DNA from: the human T2T-CHM13v2.0 reference genome, Homo sapiens
Assembly: GCF_009914755.1 (NCBI RefSeq)
Contig: NC_060929.1
Direction: 5' to 3' (one strand)
Length of the DNA stretch: 64,000 nucleotides
The position numbers were made by a program, and so were the translations under genes. Shown here in pieces: positions 1 through 11,388 of the stretch; the first letter of the stretch is position 1; each line of letters starts with the position of its first letter. The notes beneath the pieces were generated by a model that worked only from the letters and a program-made list of their open reading frames with translations, was not told the DNA's origin and did no database searches.

Positions 1-2232
1 TTTTTTCTATCTTGGCCTATTTGTGTATAACGCCTGTGAACTTTTCTATCTTTTATCTTTATAGAGTATATAGGATTTACCTTGTGATGAACTTTTATGC
101 TGTCTTTTGCATTTATAATTACAATCATATTTTTAATGCTGCTTAGAACTTTACTAACAAAATGGATTATAAGTTTATTCTTTCTTTTTCTGGGTGTGCA
201 ATCTAATTATAATAAAAATTTCCTTATCAGATAGAATCAACATCAAAAATAATAATGTTAATTAAAGCAAAACAGCTACTATGTAAAATAATTAATAAAA
301 ATAATGATATATATATTTTAAATGTTTGTATAAATATATTGAAATGCATAATTATTCATCAAACTGCAATCTCTCAATGTAGGAGTATGGACCTAACTCT
401 GAGAACAGATTTGTTGCTGTTCGGGGTTAACACCACCATTCTTGTAAAGATAACACACTGAGTTATTTATGAAGCTATTTATGAAGCCCAAAATTGATTG
501 ATTCTAAGTGAGGGAAGAACTTGAAGATTCTTTCAAAACACTAAGCGTGGCAACACTTCTAATTCTATAAAATTACCTGAGATTTTATAATTGCCTAACT
601 GTTCTCCTTAATTGGAACATAATTTTAGCAAATCTCTTTTACGAAGTCTTGGGAAACTTTCAACTTAAAGTACGTTACACAAATTCTGAATCCATTCTGT
701 GCGTATATCCCATTATTTTGTTTAATATTTAAATAAACTACATAATTACAATAAGAAGTTTGACTGGTTTGGAAATAGAACTTAAAAAAAAAATCCACCT
801 TAGTCAGGAAAGAGCAACTGATTAAAACTGGCCTGCCATCACAAAGGATCGTAAAATGGAATAAAATATATAAAAAAGAAAATAGATAATGCTAAGAATG
901 CTCTCTGGGAGAAGAGACTTACATAATCTGAGCCCCAGGACTATCTCAGGCTTTGATAATACATTCATTATGACCAAGTGAGGGATATCCTAGGAAAAGA
1001 AGACTGGTTGTTTAACATTTAAAAATCAGTGAATATAATTCACTGCACACATTCAATACACACATAATAAAAGTTAACAAATATGACATTTTTAACAAGA
1101 AATAAAGAACACTTAGCAAGTTACAAATAGAAGGAACTTTCTCAACCTGAACAAAACTGTAACTATGATCACCCTTATCAGTGAATACTGAATGCTTTAT
1201 CCCAAGGATCAGAAATAAACAGAAATGTAAGGATATATGCTCTCAGAACTTCTCCTGAACACTATCTTTAGGGTTATAGTTAGAGTAAATAGTAAAAGAA
1301 ATAAAAGTGATGTAAATTGCAAAATAAACAAATTTATTATCTATGAAGATTTATTATCTATGAAGATTTATTATGATTATGAAGAAAATACCATATAATA
1401 TACAAAAAAATAGAATTATTAAAACAGTCTAGCAGTATCACAGGATACAAGTTCGGTATTTACATATATTTCTATCAGAATGAAAGTAAAGGAAGATTTT
1501 AACATCTAACTTATATAACATGAATAAACATGAAAACAAATACGTGAAATGTTTGTATGCTGAATTCTACATATGTTGCTTTGAGAAATGTTTAAAAGAC
1601 CTAGATAACTGAAAACATACTGTGTTTACTCATGGATAAAATGCTCAATGTTGTTCATTGAGGTGTCCATGCTCCCAAATTGAAACTTAGATTCAGTGTA
1701 ATACCAACCAAAAATCCGATATTGTTGAATAATTTGATAAGCTGATTCTAAAAGTTATATGCAACAAAAACTGTTCTAAAATAACCCAAACAATTTCAAA
1801 AAGGAGGAAGAAAAATGTAGGAGAACTCACACTATCTGATTTTGTGTCATTATAAAACTATAGCAATCATAGCACCGTAGTATTAGTATATACATTGTCA
1901 GTGGTACCAATGAGAGCCCAGAAATTGATAAATACACAAATGCTCAAGGGTTTATGGACAAACTAGCCATAACAATTAATTGAGAAAATGATAGCATTAA
2001 GACAAATGGTGGATCCATTGTAAATTCATATTAAAGAAAATTAAACTTGACTCTTACCACTCATCATATATAAAACATGGCCCAAAGGAAACCATAGATA
2101 TAAATATAAAACCTCAAAGTTTAAATATATAAAACTAATAAAGGAAATTTTTGTTACCTTTTGTTTGGCAAAGAATTATTCGAAAAAAACACAAAAGAAA
2201 AAACATAAAAAAGCCAATAAATTGTAATTTTC

Positions 2233-2909
2233 TTTTTTTATTTTATTATTATTATACTTTAAGTTTTAGTGTACATGTGCACAATGTGCAGGTTTGTTAC
2301 ATATGTATACATGTGCCATGTTGGTGTGCTGCACCCATTAACTCGTCATTTAGCATTAGGTATATCTCCCAGTGCTATCCCTCCCCCTTCCCCCTACCCC
2401 ACAACAGTCCCCAGAGTGTGATGTTCCCCTTCCTGTGTCCATGTGTTCTCATTGTTCAATTCCCACCTATGAGTGAGAACATGCGGTGTTTGGCTTTTTG
2501 TCCTTGGGATAGTTTGCTGAGAATGATGGTTTCCGGTTTCATCCATGTCCCTACAAAGGACACGAACTCATCATTTTTTATGGCTGCATAGTATTCCATG
2601 GTGTATATGTACCATATTTTCTTAATCCAGTCTATCGTTGTTGGACATTTGGCTTGGTTCCAAGTCTTTGCTGTTGTGAATAGTGCCGCAATATACCCTT
2701 GCGCTTCTCGAGTGAGGCAATGCCTCGCCCTGCTTCGGCTCGCGCATGGTGTGCTGCACCCACTGTCCTGCACCCACTGTCTGGCACTCCCTAGTGAGAT
2801 GAACCCGGTACCTCAGATGGAAATGCAGAAATCACCTGTCTTCTGCATCGCTCACGCTGGGAGCTGTAGACCGGAGCTGTTCCTATTTGGCCATCTTGGC
2901 TCCACCTCC
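2233..2909 (-). mobile_element. L1PA (about PA2-4) with large internal deletion: ~214 bp of 5'UTR fused to ~460 bp of 3' end
   Basis: Minus strand begins GGAGGTGGAGCCAAGATGGCC (L1 5' end) and ends in the L1 3'UTR and A-rich tail. 17-bp TSD aataaattgtaattttc at 2216-2232 and 2910-2926. Confidence 0.93.
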
Positions 2910-3412
2910 AATAAATTGTAATTTTCAAGAAAATGTTCTTTGAAAAACTCACTAAATACAGCGTTCATTAAGAAAATGAAAAGATAAGACACAAATATGT
3001 GAATATATTCAAAAAAATGAACATCTGATTAACTCATATATCTGCATATATTAAAATCTCAAATTCAAACAATAAAAATCTAAATAACTTTATAAAATTT
3101 TGCAAAATCCTGAACAGAAAATCCACCAAAGAAGAAAATGCAGATGGCACATGAAAATATTTTCAACATCATTTCTCTGTGGTGAAATGCAAATAAAAAC
3201 CACAATAAGATGTCACTACATACTTATTAGAATGACGGGGAAAAATACCCTGGCAACACATGCGGAAGACGTGAAGCAACTGCTGATGGTAATGCAAAGT
3301 TGTATAGCCAGTTTGGAAAGCAATTTGGCATGTTTCCATAAACTCGAACATGGTATTTTGTTTGACAATCCCACACCTGGCTATTTACCCAAGACAAGTT
3401 AAAATGTGTGTT

Positions 3413-3414
<2 letters not shown>

Positions 3415-3444
<30 letters not shown>
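3415..3444. repeat. (CA)n microsatellite, about 15 units
   Basis: Perfect CA run read directly. Confidence 0.95.
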
Positions 3445-3448
<4 letters not shown>

Positions 3449-3454
3449 AAATTG

Positions 3455-3605
3455 GGCTGGGCACGGTAGCTCACACCTGTAATCCCAGCACTTAGGGAGG
3501 CTGGCGTGGGTGGATCAGCTGAGATCAGGAGTTCGAGACCAGTCTGGCCAACATGGTGAAAGCCTGTCTCTATTAAAAACAAATGCAAAAATTAGCCAGG
3601 TGTGG
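3455..3605 (+). mobile_element. Alu fragment (left arm plus start of right arm; 3' part missing)
   Basis: ggctgggcacggtagctcacacctgtaatcccagc...aattagccaggtgtgg, then abrupt end. Confidence 0.9.
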
Positions 3606-4399
3606 CTTCCTGAAAATAATGACTCATAAGCTTGACTCATAAACTTGACTCATTAACGCAAAAGCTTCCTGAAAAGAATGACTCAAAGGTGTCCACAGTA
3701 TCTACTTGTCATTCTCATTACATTTGAAAAAGGCAAAACTATAGGTAGTTACCAGGACTTGGAGGTGAGAGAAGAGAAATCCCTTTAACTTTTGTGGACG
3801 AAGGTTGTGGAAAGTGACTAGATGCCTCTGCAAAATTCATTATACTTTACACATTAAAATGGTAATTTTACTATGTAAATTGCTCTCCATGAAAGCTGAC
3901 TTGTTAACAAGAGTGATGTATTCTGAGGCATTAAATTTGTAGCCAATGTATTTTTTTGGGTCTTTTTTTTTAAATGTTAGACTTCCATTTGACAACATTT
4001 TTCTAATGCATCATTCTAACAAAGTTCTTTCCAATGAACTTTTAGTAACAACATAAACTTTATCAATGTATTGCTTCTATTGAAATACTAAATATTATAA
4101 ATTATTGAAAATATTCCGCATTTATGCTTGTCACTGGGTTGTTGACACCAAGATGATCTGAAGCAATAGTTAAGAAGTACCTTATACATAATTTCTGATG
4201 ATTAACATTTTTTTATTTTCATTTCCTTTACCCAGAACTAAGGTGAAAACAGAAGACATTCCTTATCTTTAACTTTCGACAAGATATTTGTATATGTGTG
4301 AGTGCCTGGGTTTGTATCTTGGTTCATTCATTATGAGTGTCATATTTTCATTTATTTGGAAGTATTTGATTTGACTTAGTAGTATGTAGTATCACTTAT

Positions 4400-5275
4400 G
4401 TTTTAAAAGGAACATTATGACAGCTGGGTGAATAACAAGAAGTCTAAGATTAAGACCCAAAGCCCAAAGGAAGCTAAGGTTAGGACCCAAAGAAAGCTCT
4501 TAAAATACCCCAGGTAAGGGGTGAAAGTTGTTCGAACTGCGGTGGAAGTGAGATAAATGATAGGAAATAGTTGACTTATAAATAGTTTTTAAAGGTATAG
4601 CTGACAAAAGTTTCCAATGGATTGGATGTGGAACATGAGAGAGAAGAGACAAATGACTGCATGGTTTATATGAGCAATCTGGACTATAGTCATCATTCCA
4701 AAGATAGATAAGACATCTGAAGAAGATTGAGGGAGAAATCAGATTTTACAGAGATTTACCTGCAGCATGTCGAGTTTGAGACCTCCAGGAGGAGATATTA
4801 AAGTGGCCAATATGGAATTCAGGGGAAAAATAACATTGCAGCTGCAGATTAAAATTTGAGAGCTATCCAATCCATGAGACTGAATGAAATCACCTTGGCA
4901 ACAACTCAAGATACATTTAAAGTGTAAAACTTGGTGTCTCACAATTCAATACATAGAGAAGCGAGGAGGAACTAAACAGCATGCAGAAAGAAGAGCCAAT
5001 GAAGGATGGAGTTAATCAAAAGGATATTATGTCCGTAAGCCAAAGAAAGAATCTTTTTCTTGAAAGAGTTGTTAATCGTATCAAATGTTGATGCTTTGTT
5101 GAGTAGAGGAATAGGATTAGGCTTTGGATTCTGCAACATGGAGGTTGAGAATGATTGTGCTGAAGTAGCAAAGTCAAGAGTCTTGTTAGAATGGATTTAA
5201 AACAGCATGGAAGAAAAGAGAGTACAAACTGTGAACAGAGTAAATTATTTCAAGGAGCTTTTCAGTCAAAAGAAT
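4400..5275 (-). mobile_element. L2 fragment
   Basis: Degenerate antisense L2 motifs (ggattggatgtgg, gagtttgaga, tcaaatgttg). Boundaries approximate. Confidence 0.6.
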
Positions 5276-6479
5276 GAGATAACAGAGATGTATTTGGAGG
5301 AGAATATTAGATCAACAGATGTTTTCAGGTTTTGTTTGCTTTGCATGAATTAATTTTATTTTCAGATAGAAAATAAAGCATGTTTTTGAGGACAGGGGCA
5401 TGCTTTAGACAGTGAAAAAGTAAGAATTCAGGAAACAGGATAAAATAGAAAGAGCATTGTCTCACAGCAAACAAATAAGAACAGTATAAGGTCATGTGAA
5501 GGAGTGGCCAGAGACTTGGCATGGACAGTGCATTTCAGGAACCTGAAAAAAGCCATATTTACAGATATCAACATCCACTAGCTAGGTTGATATATAGGAT
5601 GGCACGGGAATATGGAAACCCCTTTCTGATTGCTCTTATTTTATAAGTTTTTGGAGAAGCAATGTTATCTGATACAATACATGTAAAGAAATTGGAAGAG
5701 GTATTAGAAATTTAATGAAAGGAAACCTATAAAATAAATATCTAGCAATGCTGTGTAAAATTATTTGAGTGATTTGAAGTTTCTTTTGAATAAAGAAACT
5801 TGTTCTAATTGTCTTACAATATGATACTAACACTGGGATATTGCAATTAATAAATCATCAAATGTATTGGCACATTAAGTAAATGTGGTGGATATTGTGA
5901 TTGTCTCATCAAATTGCTCCTTATTGTGTAGAACCTAAAAGGTATGAAAGGAGTTAACCATGAGCAATAATAAAAATATAGGCCTGATGGTCCTGAGTCA
6001 GTGTCCACATGCCTTTCATTTTGTTACAATAATTCATCCACTTATGGACAAATTTCATGTATTAAATACATTTTTAAGGCAGTGAAAGGAGATTAATACA
6101 TTAAAAAAAAACTGAAAGCAGCAACATTTTTAATGGCTATGTAAAATGACAATTTATCTCCCCAGGTTGTGAATGAGAATGCATGAACCCAACTTTAGCG
6201 TCACTCATCTTATTACCATGTTACAAGTTAACATACAATTTGTTACTTGTTACTATAATATAGCAACATGAAGGAAAAAGGTGACGTTAAAAAATTCAGA
6301 AGATGAAAAATCAGGGAGAATTGGAGACAGATACCTGATCAAAGCAAACTCATAGCTTAATTTACCTATACACTTTACAGATACATGAGCCAATAAATCT
6401 CTTTTAAATTTGAGAACAAATTCAATTATTTTTACTTGTGTGCTTTTTTACATATAAGTAAAAACATTCGAACAAATTC

Positions 6480-7021
6480 TGGCAGCCACCTCCAAGACGA
6501 TACCAATTATTCCAGCCTGGTATTCATATCCTTGTATAATGGCTTTCCATATTTAACAAGGTTTTCCATATTTAATAATATTAAATACAATATTGCAGAA
6601 GTAACAATGTGTAATTTCTGAGGCTAGGTCATAAAGAAGATGGTTGCCTTCAGGTCACTCATTCTTGGATAACTCACTCTGAGTTGGCCAGCTGCCATGA
6701 CAATCAAGACACTCAGCAGTCCTATGAAGGAGTCCATGATGTGAAAAACTGAGTTCTTTGCCAAAAACCAGCACCAACTTGCTAGTTATGTAAGTGAGAC
6801 ATGTTGGAAGCATCTCCCTGGGGCCCAGTCACATTTTGAAATAATTACAGCCCTAATCAAAATCTGGGTGACAACCTCTTGAATACCTCTGAACCTGAAT
6901 AACCCACGTAAGCTGTTCCCTTATTACTGAGCCAAAGAAACTGGGTAACACACTATTGTTTATTGATGTTTTCTGTTACTACATTATGAAGTAATCTGTT
7001 ATATGGCAATGGATTGATACA
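6480..7021 (+). mobile_element. MLT1 (F/H-like) MaLR LTR
   Basis: gaggctaggtcataaag, gccagctgccatg, and 3' end gtaatctgttatatggcaatggattgataca. Confidence 0.7.
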
Positions 7022-7854
7022 TATATGTATACACAATATTCCTGAAAAGCATTTTGTTTGATTACTTTTGATCATTGGTTAAGGCAATACTGATTTCTTT
7101 CTGTGCTATTCCCTTCGCGAGCTAAGTAAAAGTGCTAATTAGGATCTCTTTGTGTGCTAAGGGAAATTGGTAATACAAACACATTTGTGGAAGACAAATT
7201 GCATACATCAAAATAAGCACATTGATAATAATAAAATAATGTTTATAAGCTACAGGGACTTAAAAATACTCACTCCGAGGTGACGGGTTTTTATATTCTT
7301 AGATGCAGCTGCTAACCAAAAATAACTTCATATTAAAGGGCAACAAGGAATACACTCACAAACACTAAATTTCATTTCTATTATCTGACATTAACAGTTG
7401 GATTACATTTGAAATTTGTGGATTCTAGTCTTTGGATATGTTTGCATGAGAGTCGAGAAAAAAATAACTAAAAAGACTCAATGAATAAAGAAAACACAAA
7501 CATTGGTTTGTGGACTCTTATGTCCACAAGTGAAAAAGAGAGCTGAAGCAATGTATACAATATGCAATTTTTGTTGTTTCATTTGTAAATTCTGGAAATA
7601 GCAGAAGCTTTCAGACACATTGAAAGTTTCAATAAAGTATCATCTCCCAAACTTTGGCTCTTTTGGAAATTTATCTATTATACAAGCAATGAATGATTAG
7701 AGTTTCCTTTTGGTGAACTGACCAGGTCAAAGAAATTTTTACATTTAGTGCACAGAACAAGGTTAAATAGGATATTTGCATTAAATGAAGAATAAATTGT
7801 GTAGTGAATCATGAAGTTGTTGAGCTGGTATGATGGGTGGAGAAACTAGGAGCA

Positions 7855-8345
7855 AATTATATTTATGTATTTAACAAAATTTACTAACCACGTTCTATAC
7901 ACCAAGACATTCACTAAGTATTTGACAATACTATGATGAACAAAGATAAGTTAGACCAGATTTCTAAACTTGACATGGTTACAAGCCCATAGAGGTGAAA
8001 AAATACTACAATGAAATGCAATAAGTGTTATACTTAATGCATGCAGAACATTTAACTGTGGAAGAAAAGAAACTGTACATTTGTCTAAGTTGTTGAAAAA
8101 CTTTTACAGTTGTGACATTTGAAACAGTTCTTACCAGTAAATAACTTTGGAAAGCAGAGCAAAATGAAAACAGGTCACTGAAAGATGAAAGGGTTATGAA
8201 ATTATTGAAAAAACCTGGCCTGTTTGGAAACTATGATGAAAAGCGTAATACACATTTTTCAGAGGATTAAGCTGAAAACAGAGAGGGCTGAGTCTTGTTA
8301 AGGAAATTGATACACGTGGAGTTTATTTCTTAGACAATCAGGAAA
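7855..8345 (-). mobile_element. L2 3' fragment
   Basis: atttaacaaaatttactaa...gatgaacaaagataag resembles the antisense L2 tail. Confidence 0.55.
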
Positions 8346-8427
8346 TGTGTACGTATCTCTGTGCATATGTTTGTCATAGGATTGGAACTAAATGGAGCTA
8401 TGATTTAAATCAAATTGTGGTTAGAAA

Positions 8428-8752
8428 CAATGTTTCTTAACCTTAACTTTACATTGGATTCATATAGGGCAATGGTCCTTAAACTTTAGCATGAATGAGA
8501 AACAGATGGAAGGCCTGGTACAACCAGGGTCGCTGGGCCTCAACCACAGAGTGTCTGATTCACTAGATCTGGGCCAAGGCCTGAGGATCTGCATTATTTG
8601 TTCCCATGGAACACACTTTGAGAGCTACTGGTTTGGAATGTAAAATGCTGAAGACCTTCTCCAGGAAAAAATGAATCTCAGAATCTCAGATGAGCAGTGG
8701 GTATGGCACTCGAGGTGATTCAAAAATATAATGTGTAGTCAGGTTTGAGATC
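8428..8752. mobile_element. MER5A (about 8470-8630) apparently nested in a second MER5-type hAT MITE
   Basis: caatggtccttaaactttagc...tctgattcactagatctggg...cacactttgagagctactg, with MER5-like halves on both sides. Confidence 0.65.
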
Positions 8753-8807
8753 CAGATATTGTGAAAGATCACTCAGATAACGGTGCAAATGATACAGTCT
8801 ATGGTAC

Positions 8808-9331
8808 TGTGATGGTTAATTTTATGTGTGGACTTGATTGAGCCATGGAGTGCTCAGATATGTATAGTTACACATTATTCTAGGTGTTTTTGGATGAGAT
8901 TAGCATTTGCATCAGGAGACTGAGTAAAGCAGACAGTCTTTCATATTGTTAGTGGGCCTCATTCAATCAGTTGAAGGCCTGACTAGAACCAAAGTAATTC
9001 CCCCCCAGTGACAGAGAATTCTCCTGCTTCACAGTTTTGCATGAGTTTTTCTGGTTCTATAGCAGTCTGCCTGCCTTCAGACTCAAAGTGGGATACAGAG
9101 TCTGCAGATTTGGGATGTGATAGCTTCCATAATCATGTGAGCCAATTTTTTATAATAAATCTACCTGTTCCCCCTCTCTCTTTCTCTCTCTCTTTCTCTA
9201 TTTATCAATCTATTTCCAGATCTCAATATATGTACATATGTAAGTGTGTGTATGTGCACATACACATTACACACACACACACACCCACGCATCCTCCCTA
9301 TCGCTCTGTTTCTCTGGAGAATCCTAATACA
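8808..9331 (+). mobile_element. MLT2 (ERVL) solo LTR containing CT/CA microsatellites
   Basis: Starts tgtgatggttaattttatgtg and ends ctgtttctctggagaatcctaataca. Confidence 0.85.
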
Positions 9332-9984
9332 CAAATTCAGACACATTTGGAATCAGAAGAGAATATGCAGGGCAACCTTTACTCATCCCTCACCTCAAGA
9401 CTGAATCCATGCATTATCCTCCCTATGAAACCTTCACTGATCCTCTTAGAGTGATTAAACTACCAGTTTTGTAGCCCCTAAAAAATCTCTCTTATCCCTA
9501 AAAAATCCTCTTTCTGCAGTAATTTTCCATAATGCAATTATCTACTTACCTTGTCTTATGAATAACACTCAAATGCCTCAAAGGCAAAATAATATTCTCA
9601 ATATCCCTGGTGTCTAAAATACCACACTGACTAGCAAGTATCATTTATTAATATATTCTGCATGAGTTAATTGAAAGATACTTTAAGATAAAGATTATAA
9701 AGTACCCAATACCAACATACTGGAATAGTAGCTAAAATACAGAAAATTTTAAGAGGTAAAAGAATGATGAACATAGTCAAATGTCACAAAGAAATGACGG
9801 AAAGATAAAAGGTAAAAAGTATTGATAGGTTTTGGTTATTAGGCAGTCACTGATGCCTTATTTGTAGTTCCTAACAAAGAGTTGGAATGAAAATATGCAT
9901 AATATGCATTATACCAGGGACACATAAAGGGAAAATTGCGTGATAGCATGTAAGTTTGAAGGAAAGTTTATTATCCAGTAAGAA

Positions 9985-10134
9985 TCTCATAGCCATTGGA
10001 GAAGAGCTCATCCCAGCTGGCACATGATCTCAGCCTTTTGAGACCTTAAGTAGAGAACCCAGTTGAGCCCACCTGGACTTCTGACCTACAGAAATCATAT
10101 TATTATATGTTACACAACAACAGAAAACTAATTC
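9985..10134 (+). mobile_element. MLT1 (D-like) LTR 3' fragment
   Basis: gagaccttaagtagagaacccagttgagcccacctggacttctgacctacagaa...aaaactaat. Confidence 0.65.
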
Positions 10135-11388
10135 GAATTACCAAACAGCTGTATTATAGATTGCACAGAGGGAAGATGGTGTTACCCACTGCAGAAATGT
10201 TCTGTAGGCCTTTACTTAGAAAGTACTTTTTCCCAAAAACTGTGATATATGATGAGAATACAACACTTTCTAGGTCCCTGACCATACTCATAATGTCATC
10301 TTTATCGCACTCATAATGTCATCTTTACATTTGTAAGAGTTAATTTACTTCACAATATAAATTTAAAAAATAAATAACAAAATAAACGTTAGTGAGCTAA
10401 AATAACCTGACCAATGATTGGGCTCACCAAACATCAGCTTCCCTACAGGGCCATATTAGAATAAGCACAGATTTAGGGACTGGAATATTTCTATTGATAT
10501 CTTGTATGACCCTGAAACAAGGCCTACTCACAAGAAGGAAGGAGCACTGTTTTTCCCTTGCCCTCATTCATTCCTAAATCCTACTGCAATGCCTCACCTG
10601 CCCAGAGGAGGCACCTTTCTCTTGTTGGCATAAATCCCTAGGTAGCCTTATAAAAGTACTTACAAACATTCACTACTAAATATCACTTCACAAAACAACT
10701 GGCTCTTCAGAAACGGTACATTAAGAAGATTTTTAAAAATCCCATTTGAAAAAGTACCAGCTACCCTTCCAAAACAGAATATATTAGAAAATACTTGGGT
10801 AGCGTGGTGATGTTGAGGTTAAGGTTGACAAACAATTGTACATGGCAATGTTCCCAATGACATTAACAGGCAATTAAGCCACGGAATCGGTGCATGCATT
10901 TCATTTCTAAATACAGTCTCCCAACATGGCTATAAAATCTTTACTAGTGCTCTTTCTTTCTATACACCTGTTTATGATTAGAATTAAATTATATTTTAGT
11001 AATGCTCATTGAGGTGTTCTCCAAGGTTGTTTTATTACCACCTAAAAACTCAGAAAATTACAATTTACTGTACTGCTTTACTTCATAGATATAGATTAAC
11101 TCAAACCCCATATAAAGTACTGCACATAATAAAAATATACCTATATTTTACCAAGTAAATATATAATTAGGATGTTACTTAGTAAAAACAGGAATTTATT
11201 TTGGTGATGACTGCAAATAACATAATTTTCATGAATGCATGAACTCATATATATTCATAAACTACATTCTACTTAATTCAAATATTATTTGGAGTGAGGT
11301 AGTGAAAAAAAATTAATCTAAAGCATGGCTTCTGATTGAAATGCTTCTGGAGTTGATTCTCTTTTCTGAAGAATTAGCTCAATGCCTT

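Larger units (their letters stand above)
960..3905 (+). mobile_element. Old L1M (ORF2 3' half plus 3' end), interrupted by a younger L1PA, a (CA)n and an Alu fragment
   Basis: Degenerate L1 ORF2 landmarks (tgaccaagtg, caggatacaag, aagctgattctaaaa, aaaaccacaataaga) and an L1M-type 3' end (aaaggcaaaactatag...). Boundaries approximate. Confidence 0.7.

Noticed and set aside
2151-2921. ORFs of 146, 105 and 107 aa
   Set aside because: They are translations of L1 3'UTR and 5'UTR sequence across the deletion junction. They are not L1 ORF0, whose region is deleted here.
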